DNA from: an uncultured Planctomycetota bacterium
GTDB taxonomy: Bacteria > Planctomycetota > Planctomycetia > Isosphaerales > Isosphaeraceae
Assembly (NCBI GenBank): GCA_963845755.1
Contig: CAWJTV010000005.1
Span: 288,001-352,000, forward strand
Length of the DNA stretch: 64,000 nucleotides
Reading direction: 5' to 3'
Shown: one piece after another, positions 56,681 to 64,000 of the stretch
Numbering within the stretch: position 1 is the stretch's first letter
Layout: every line of letters starts with the position of its first letter
Made by a program: the position numbers and the translations under genes
The notes under the pieces: model-generated
Seen by the model: the letters and a program-made list of their open reading frames with translations, nothing else
The model's database searches: none
What the model was told of the DNA's origin: nothing

Positions 56681-58036
56681 TCAATGGATCGAGTAGCCGC
56701 GGCGATAATCACGTCGTATGAACTGGTCGGCATACGAACAGTTCTTGGCCCTCATCCCGGGGGCATCCCATTCGATCTTCTGGCCGGCCTTGAGCGCGAC
56801 GACGCCCAGGAGGACGGTCTCGGTGAGCTGGGCGGAGTAATCGAAATTGGAGAGGGCCCTGTGGGGATCGTTGGCCTTGATCCCTTCGACCCACTCGGTG
56901 AAGTGGCCAGGCGAGCGCGGGAGTTTCGATTCCGGTTTCGTAACGTCCTTGAACTGCTCCCGCGGCAGAAGGATGTGTTCGGCGCCGTAGTCGTTCTTCG
57001 AGAAGAACGAGCCCTTCTCGCCGACGAGGAGGAGCCCGCTACCAGGGACCTTCTCTCCGTAGATACGGTCCGTGAAACTTCGCTTGTCCTTGGGCAGCTT
57101 GTTGCCGCCGTCGTACCAGGTCATCGTCAGCGGTCCCCGGCCGTTACGCGGGCCGAAGTGGGTGCGGATGATCGACCAGACCGGATAGCTCGCGTTGTCC
57201 ACGATTCCGGAGGTGTCCACGACCTCGATCGCCTCGGGGTCGAAGAGCTCCAGGGCCATTGCGGCGATGTTGATCGTATGGCAGGCCATGTCGCCCAGGG
57301 CCCCGGTGCCGAAGTCGAGCCAACCGCGCCAGTTGAACGGCTGGTAACTAGGATGAAACGGCCGATCGGGGGCCGCGGCCAGGAACTCGGACCAGCGGAC
57401 CTTGTTCGGGATCCCGGGCGTTGTCTTGGGGATCCCCATCCCCTGAGGCCAGATCGGACGGTTGGTCCAGACCAGGATCTCCTTGATCTGCCCCAGCATT
57501 CCCGATCGGATCAGCTCGACACCCGATCGGAATCCCTGCTCGGCCGTCCCCTGGTTGCCCATCTGCGTGCAGAGCTTCTTCTCGGCGGCGAGTCCGCGCA
57601 TCAATCGCGCCTCTTCCACCGACCAGGCCAGCGGTTTCTGGCAGAAACAGTGCTTGCCCATGCGCATCGCCATCACGCTCGCCGGCGCATGAGTGTGGTC
57701 GGGAGTGCTGACGGTCACCGCGTCGATCTTGTCGCCAAGCGCCTCGAGCATGGCGCGATAGTCGTAAAAGGTCTTGGCATCGGGGTGCTTTGCCTTCAGG
57801 CGATTGGCCATCTTGGCGAGGGTTTCCTCGTCAACGTCGCACAAGCCGACGATCTCGCCGTGAGTGGCGGCGTCCATGGTATCGCTTTGGCCCTTGCCAC
57901 CGACGCCGATACAGGCGAATCGAACCCGCTCGTTCGGAGAGGGACGGAGCGACCGGGCGTAACCGGGGGCACCGCCGGCCAGGAACGAGCCCGCGCCGGC
58001 CGCCGTCGTCTGCTTCAAGAAATTGCGACGATCCAT
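56681..58036 (-). CDS. Tat-exported Gfo/Idh/MocA oxidoreductase
   Basis: MDRRNFLK, IGVGGKG, STPDHTH, CQKPL, QMGNQG, DFGTGALGDM.CH. Confidence 0.94.
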   Translation of the reverse strand: MDRRNFLKQTTAAGAGSFLAGGAPGYARSLRPSPNERVRFACIGVGGKGQSDTMDAATHGEIVGLCDVDEETLAKMANRLKAKHPDAKTFYDYRAMLEALGDKIDAVTVSTPDHTHAPASVMAMRMGKHCFCQKPLAWSVEEARLMRGLAAEKKLCTQMGNQGTAEQGFRSGVELIRSGMLGQIKEILVWTNRPIWPQGMGIPKTTPGIPNKVRWSEFLAAAPDRPFHPSYQPFNWRGWLDFGTGALGDMACHTINIAAMALELFDPEAIEVVDTSGIVDNASYPVWSIIRTHFGPRNGRGPLTMTWYDGGNKLPKDKRSFTDRIYGEKVPGSGLLLVGEKGSFFSKNDYGAEHILLPREQFKDVTKPESKLPRSPGHFTEWVEGIKANDPHRALSNFDYSAQLTETVLLGVVALKAGQKIEWDAPGMRAKNCSYADQFIRRDYRRGYSIH

Positions 58037-58334
58037 GTTTCAAACTCCCTGGAAGGGTACGTGGTGATTCGCAACGTCCAGACGGACCGCCGCGGCATGA
58101 GTCAGGTCATTTGTGGTTCCGTGCTCACGGTGGCGGGTCGGATCCGACGAAATCCTGGCGGGACGGTCCGGGGCGCTTCCAACAGCAACAAGAACCCACT
58201 CAGCATGACCGACGGCGAGGCCATTCGCAACCGGGTAACTCTCGTGGAAAGGATGGACGATGAGGGATGAAGGATGAATCCGAACCGGAGAAACCGTGAC
58301 AGCGATCTGAGAGCTCAACCGGTCTTGCCTTGAT

Positions 58335-61220
58335 TCATCTCTCATCCTGCATCTTTTCGCTGGAGCCTTTCCCCGCGCTGACGGACTGGAGCAGAGCAGC
58401 CATGCCTTCGAACAGGCGCACTGAGCGCTCCGGCGGCTTCGGCCGGCGCTTCGATGACGACCTTGCCGGTCGCAGGCTCGCGACGGACCTGGAGCTGCGA
58501 GAATAGCTCGCGAACGCCAACCGTGGGCGGATGCGCCGCTCCGACTTCGCGCGGACCCACGAACGATCCGGCACCGTTGCGTTGCGTTGCGGTTTCCGAA
58601 GATCGGGGTGAGGTCGCCGATTCGACGCCGGTGATCGAGGTCGGTGTCGTGGCCAGCGCGGCGGTCGCCAGCGGCCCGCCGAAATGTCCGCCAGCCGAAG
58701 TCGAGAAGGAGGGCTCGGATTCCGGGATGGGTTCGTGCGCAGGTCCAGGCTCGCGTTCGCGTTCGGGTGATGGCGGAGTGGTGTCTTCGGCCTCGTCGGC
58801 GGCCTCGATCAGCTCCTCGAGAGGGTCGGACACCTCGTCGTCGATGCCGATGTCGACGTCTCCCGTATCGGCCTCTGCTTCCGCCTGGTCGCCACGGGCC
58901 GCCACCACCGCGATCGCGGACGGGTCGATCAACTTCTGGATGCGCGACAGGAAATTCGACGATTCGCCGAACTGGATCGTGTCGGTGTCGCCGTCGAACA
59001 ATCCCTTGAAGAATGCATGCTTCGAGTTCAACCAGCACGGCGATCCGCGATTCGATCCCCTCTTCGGAGACCACGTTATAAACGTCGATCGGATGCTTCT
59101 GGCCCAGTCGGTAGATCCGGCCGATTCTCTGTTCCAGGACAGCCGGGTTCCAGGGGAGATCCATGTTGATCACGCAGTTGGCGGCGTGCTGGAGATTCAA
59201 TCCCACTCCGCCGGCATCGCTCGCGAACAGGACGCGAAAGGTCGGGTCGTCGTGAAATTCGACGATGTTCTGGGTCCGGCGTTTGCGCCCCTCGGCCCCG
59301 GTGAAGAAGCCGGCATGCAACCCCTTCTCGGCGAGCAAGTCCCGGGTCGCCCAGTGAGCCAGAGTGAGCATGCGTCGCCACTGGCTGAAAACGACGACCT
59401 TTCGTCCCTGTTCCAGGACGAGCTGACGGATCAGTTGACGCAGCTCAATCAGTTTGGGAGTCGAGAGGCCCAGCAAGACCCCCTCATCCGGCTGTCGGTC
59501 CTTGATCGTCGGCCATGTGTCTACGAATGTGTACTGGGCCATCCCGTTGCAGATGATCCGCTGGAGCGTCAGCAGGCTCATCAACCTCAGGAACTCGGCC
59601 TGGGTCAGCGGGCGGACCATGGCCTTCTGCATCAGGATTACGATCGGCTGGTCCAGTTCGGAGTGCGCGGCCTCCTGGACCTCCGTCAAGTTGACGGGTA
59701 CTCGCGTATCGGTCCGGGGCGGGAGCTGGTCGAGCACGTCCTTCCGAATTCGCCGGACCATGCAGTGCTGGATCCGTTCGCGAATCGTCCCCAGGTTTCG
59801 GACACCAATCATCTCCTTGCGGCCGTCGGCTCGGATCGCATGCAGCGCACCCAGTCGCCACTTGGGCTCCAGTGCCATGTCGTCGACCCACTCGACCACC
59901 GAGGCCAGCTCATCGATCCGGTTCTCCATCGGTGTGCCCGTCAGCACCAGCCGGTAGGTCGGCGCCAGGCCCTTCACCGACAGCGCCGTCTTCGTCTGCC
60001 AGTTCTTGATCCGTTGCGCCTCGTCGAGCACCACCAGATCGGGCCCCCATCCGCGGACAATCTCCAGGTCTCGGATCAATTGCTCATAATTAATGATCAG
60101 AAAACCTTCTTTACGAGAGGCGTAGAGGGCCTTGCGCGCGTCCGGTGGCGCGTTCGACGATCTCGACGGGAAGGTCGGAGAAGACGCTCCATTCCCGGGC
60201 CCACTGGGGCTTGAGGCTGGCCGGGGCGATGATCAGACCGCGACGGACCCGGCCGCTCCGCCACAGGATCTCGCAGGCGGCGATCGCCTGAGCGGTCTTT
60301 CCCAATCCCATGTCGTCGGCCAGGAGGAGGCGACCGTTGGCCAGGAAGCGCTGGACACCGTCGCGTTGATAGGGGTAGAGCGAGCGCTTCAGTCCCCGGA
60401 ATCCGTCACGGATCTCGGTGGAACCCAGCGCCTCCTCGACGATCGTCTTGAGCCGATTGCGCTCGTGAACCAGCAAGGCGCGCAGCGCGGGGTCGTGGCG
60501 TATCCCGGCGGCGCCGGCGGGAATCGCCCTGAGCAGGTCCTCTACCAGATCCATCCGTCGTGACGGCTTATCCGAGAAGGCGTTCTTGAGAATTCCGCCG
60601 CCGTTGGTCGCGCGGAACCATCGCAGGGCCTGCGCCGCGCGGGTCGAGCGCGCCGCGGCCGACTCGACATCGCCGTGCCAGGCGACCCGCTCCAGCCAGT
60701 CGCCGAGGCCCGTCAGGGGCCGGATCGGGTCCCACCACAGGCCCGCCCGTTCGTTGCCGTTAGCCCATTCCTGCTCCTTCGCCGCCTGCTGCAAGACGCG
60801 AGGACGCGCGTGAAGATGATCGAGTACGGTGAGTACGTGCTTGCAGACCCCCAGCGAGTTCTTGAGGAAGTCGGGGCAATCGCAACGAGCTGCGATCGGG
60901 TCCACGCCCAGCAGCATGGTGCGATATGGTCGAGCGCCGGATCCCGGTCGTCGCGTCGCGTAGCTTCCCAGCAGCCGTCCCTCCGCGGGCCGCGACTCGA
61001 CGCGCAATTTTTCCTGTTTGATCGACTCGATCCGACGAATCAAGGCGTCCATGGCCTCGACGCGCACTGGCCACTCCGGGGCCGGCACGATCCCCAGCAC
61101 GTGCCGGACCAGCACTTCCGGCCGGATCTTCCCCGTCCGCTTGAAGGCGTGCGAGAGCAACTCCTGATAGGCCTCCATCTCCTCAATGGCGGTATCGAAC
61201 TCGGCGACACTGGTTGACAT
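58335..61220 (-). CDS. SWIM zinc finger SNF2-family helicase (three apparent indels)
   Basis: CDCPDF.....GVCKH, LYPYQRDG, LADDMGLGKT, DEAQRIKN, LTGTPMEN, VFSQW, GGVGLNLQ, PWNPAVLEQRIGR; acidic tail. Confidence 0.92.
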
Positions 61221-61926
61221 GGGGGCGGCTCGCGTTCGAGAGTCCGTGGAGCGATCACCTTGCTTACGAGTCGTCCCATTATTCTCGCCATGCGCACCAA
61301 TTGCCAGCGCATCGCGGCGAGCATCGCGGATCGGGAGTCCGGTTGTACCGATCCCGCGCGGCTCTGGAATCTTCGATTTCGAGTCCAGCCGCGCGAGCTG
61401 AAAACCGGTCATCAGTTTCCGCGAATCCAAGCCGGGCATCTCGCTCGATGTTGAGTAAAACCACCGAGCAACCGGACTGCATGGCGGATTGCACGCTCTG
61501 TATGGATCTACGTGCCGGTCAGCGACTTCTCTCCAGAAGATCTTCCCACTCGTCTTGGATCACCTGCCAACAATTCCACGATTCTGTGGCACACTAAGGT
61601 TGCATTTCGCCATCAGAGGTTTGCACGCATCCCGGCGAGACGGGACACTGCGGCGGGGAGAGGTCGAGTGGCGATCAGCCCTGCTTCGGCGTGTTCTCTG
61701 GCGGGACCCCAGTTCCCACCCTACTTTCCCGACTCCCTTCTCTGACTCGACGTGATTGACACCTGGAACCAGAAGGGCGAATTGAAAGAAAGTGCAAAGG
61801 TTTTCTGGGGACTTGCCGATCCAACTCAATCGAACGTCCTCTCTCGCCGGGGTGTTCGTCAGCTGGTCAGGATGACCGGCACTAGATCACGCTCAGGATG
61901 AGGGCGATTCGTCCCAGGGAGGGGCC

Positions 61927-63132
61927 ATGTCAGGGCAGGATGTCTCCAGTCGAATCAGTCGTGAATCTTCGAGGCGTCGCGTCAAGTTTCAGGTCTCGGT
62001 GGAAGACCTGGAAGGCCGGGTCTTGTTATCCATGGGGCATCATCGGCATGAGGTGGCCCATCGTGTGGCCCACGTCCAGAGCGAAACCGCCCAGGGCACG
62101 ACGACTCAGAATCAGCCGACGGGCCACCACGCCTCGAGGGGGCACGAACACGCTACGGTCAACCGTCGTGGCCATGCCCGCGCGATGACGATGAGAGCTG
62201 CGAACAACGCGACCATAACCGTCGCGCCGGCAATCCTGGTCCAGCCGATGATCAACGTCGAGCCTTCGGTCAGCGGCGGTACTTCGAGTACGCAAAGCAC
62301 CTCGAGCACCTCCGCGAGCACGACGCCCACGCCGACCGCCACCGCTAACGTGACCGTCACGCCTCCCGTCTCCGTCCACGGAACCAAGAGGACAGGGAAC
62401 ACGACCACCACATTCACGACGAACTGGAATACCTCTTCCTCGGCCACACCGACACCGAGCCCGACCTCCACCACGACCGGGTCGAACACGCACTCGACGA
62501 CGAGCTCGCAGACGACCAATCCGCAGACCCCGACTCCCACCAGTACGTCCGCAAATGGCGGGGCCAGTGCTACGACGAGCACGACGTCCTCGACTTCGAC
62601 TACATCGCCCACTTCGACCTCGACTGGCGGCTCCTCCGCGGGCGCCTCGACCGGAAGCTCGTCCTCCACTTCGGCTGGTGGTTCGTCGTGCACACAACCT
62701 TCTTCGGGGACCTCGAACTCTCAGACCTCTACGACCACAAGTCCGACCCCCACCCCGACCCCATCACCGACCAGCACGGCGGGTTCGGGTTCGTCATCCA
62801 CGACCACCTCCAGCGGCTCGACGGCCACTACGGGCAACTCCTCATCGGGCCAGCCTTCTTCGAGCAGTACGAACACGCAAACGGGTGCAACGACGACCGG
62901 CTCGACGGGCTCGGGCTCGTCCTCCGCGACGACGTCCGCTTCCGGATCGTCCAGTTCGGGCGGGGCGGGATCCGGGGGATCCGCCCAGACCGGTACCTCG
63001 ACAGGTTCTTCGACGACTACCGGGGCCAATGGTTCGAACTCCTCCTCCACTCAGACTTCGACTTCCTCGTCGGCCAGCAACGGCGGCTCTTCGAACACGA
63101 GCACCACAACTTCCGCAAACGCGACAAGTTGA
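61927..63132 (+). CDS. Ser/Thr-rich extracellular protein with planctomycete LEGRxLL export motif
   Basis: RRR...VEDLEGRVLLS, His-rich segment, then about 290 aa of S/T/G/P low complexity; GGAGG upstream. Confidence 0.8.
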   Translation: MSGQDVSSRISRESSRRRVKFQVSVEDLEGRVLLSMGHHRHEVAHRVAHVQSETAQGTTTQNQPTGHHASRGHEHATVNRRGHARAMTMRAANNATITVAPAILVQPMINVEPSVSGGTSSTQSTSSTSASTTPTPTATANVTVTPPVSVHGTKRTGNTTTTFTTNWNTSSSATPTPSPTSTTTGSNTHSTTSSQTTNPQTPTPTSTSANGGASATTSTTSSTSTTSPTSTSTGGSSAGASTGSSSSTSAGGSSCTQPSSGTSNSQTSTTTSPTPTPTPSPTSTAGSGSSSTTTSSGSTATTGNSSSGQPSSSSTNTQTGATTTGSTGSGSSSATTSASGSSSSGGAGSGGSAQTGTSTGSSTTTGANGSNSSSTQTSTSSSASNGGSSNTSTTTSANATS

Positions 63133-63158
63133 CGCGCCTTTGACGCCAGCACCGTCGG

Positions 63159-64000
63159 TCATTCCAGGACGCTGGCGGACGCCCGGCTCGAGGGCGTCCG
63201 CCGATCGTTCGAAATGGCCATGGGCGGGTTTTCTGTCGGGTGCGGACCCTTGGGCTCCGAGCTGATCGGCCGGTCGCGCTCCCCGATGACGGACTGTGGA
63301 ACGGAGAACAGGTTGCCCGCCAGATCGCGCGAGTTGGCCGTCCGCCAGTGGGTTGGAACCCGCCTGATCGGCGCTGAAAGGCCATGACGGGTGAACCGAC
63401 AAAACGCGAGATCGAAGTCGCCGCGCCAGCCCGAAGGCGAGACATCGGTTGGGTAGAACCAGAAGGCCGCAGCCATGAGGGCCGCGGACCCGATCAATCG
63501 AGGAACGGCACGGTCCCCGAGAAACCAACCCGCGGTGATCCGTGATGCGTCCGCAGGCCTCTCAACCGTCGGATAGCGGCCGATGCCGACGGCCACCAGT
63601 CCCATCAATGCCGGTAGGTAATGGAATCCGTAGCCGGGTACGCCAAAATGGATCAGGAGATGGAACCCGAGTGCCGGCAGGGCACTGATCCCGATCAGGA
63701 AAGTCAGGAACCCGCCGTCTTCGAGGCGTCCCAGCCTCGAAACGCCGCGAGGAACGAAGACCAGCGCAGGCCCAAGCGTCCAGACAAGGGCCATGCCGAT
63801 CTTGACGGCGTATCGCACGGTGCCATCGAGGAGTCCCAGATTCCAGACGGAGTTCAGGGTCCCGGCCTGGTAGCCGAATTCCGCGACGGATGCGCGGTAA
63901 TTCGCCCACCCTCCGGCATCGTGGAGCATCGCGCCGATCCAGGTCAGATTCAGGATCGCGAAGAGGATGACGGCGAGAGCGGAACTCCTCCAACCGTGCT
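63159..64000 (-). CDS. Polytopic membrane protein (possibly GT-C/DUF2723-like), C-terminal part
   Basis: Multiple TM segments, HLLIHFG.PGY..HYLP; open at the window edge. Confidence 0.55.
   Translation of the reverse strand, partial: HGWRSSALAVILFAILNLTWIGAMLHDAGGWANYRASVAEFGYQAGTLNSVWNLGLLDGTVRYAVKIGMALVWTLGPALVFVPRGVSRLGRLEDGGFLTFLIGISALPALGFHLLIHFGVPGYGFHYLPALMGLVAVGIGRYPTVERPADASRITAGWFLGDRAVPRLIGSAALMAAAFWFYPTDVSPSGWRGDFDLAFCRFTRHGLSAPIRRVPTHWRTANSRDLAGNLFSVPQSVIGERDRPISSEPKGPHPTENPPMAISNDRRTPSSRASASVLE

Noticed and set aside
56528..58270. 580-aa + strand ORF, and similar long antisense ORFs at 4734-5747, 16605-17801, 27367-28476, 50956-52080, 53161-54543 and 58454-60214
   Set aside because: Shadows of well-supported genes on the opposite strand, expected in high-GC DNA; no motifs.
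62280..63130. Repetitive ACG/TCG-rich tract as a possible CRISPR or tandem repeat array
   Set aside because: No fixed repeat-spacer period; explained by Ser/Thr codons.

Overview
GC-rich bacterial chromosome segment, almost certainly from a planctomycete (Isosphaeraceae-like). Evidence for this is the aroF-tpiA-secG-yicC-gmk-rpoZ block, an ECF sigma factor fused to a TIGR03067-like domain, an LEGRxLL export-motif protein, a Tat-exported Gfo/Idh/MocA protein and a sulfatase. Most of the window is housekeeping or metabolic: ftsK, malic enzyme, purK/purE/purU, dapL, yebC, a DEAD-box helicase, bat VWA/TPR genes, fdhD with an OFA transporter, a lipid-carrier glycosylation trio, a hybrid sensor kinase and a SWIM-SNF2 helicase. 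About 15 genes, including secG, ftsK and yebC, are split by 1-2 nt indels, which looks like long-read consensus error rather than real decay. One complete ISKra4-like element is present, with perfect 19-bp terminal inverted repeats and a 9-bp target duplication. The best unexplained signals are: (1) a near-consensus sigma70 promoter with a double 7-1-7 Fur-type operator that points into a structured region with no credible CDS (candidate iron-responsive sRNA); (2) short intergenic cassettes bounded by inverted heptamer repeats with a different unit at each site; (3) the bat operon split by an fdhD-OFA cassette with tRNA-like remnants at the junction; (4) a tiny basic CxxC-x10-CxxC peptide; (5) tandem pseudopilin-tail paralogs next to a GGQ release-factor homolog with an HTH-like tail. 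No rRNA, intact tRNA or CRISPR array was seen. All product calls come from motif recognition; no database search was run.
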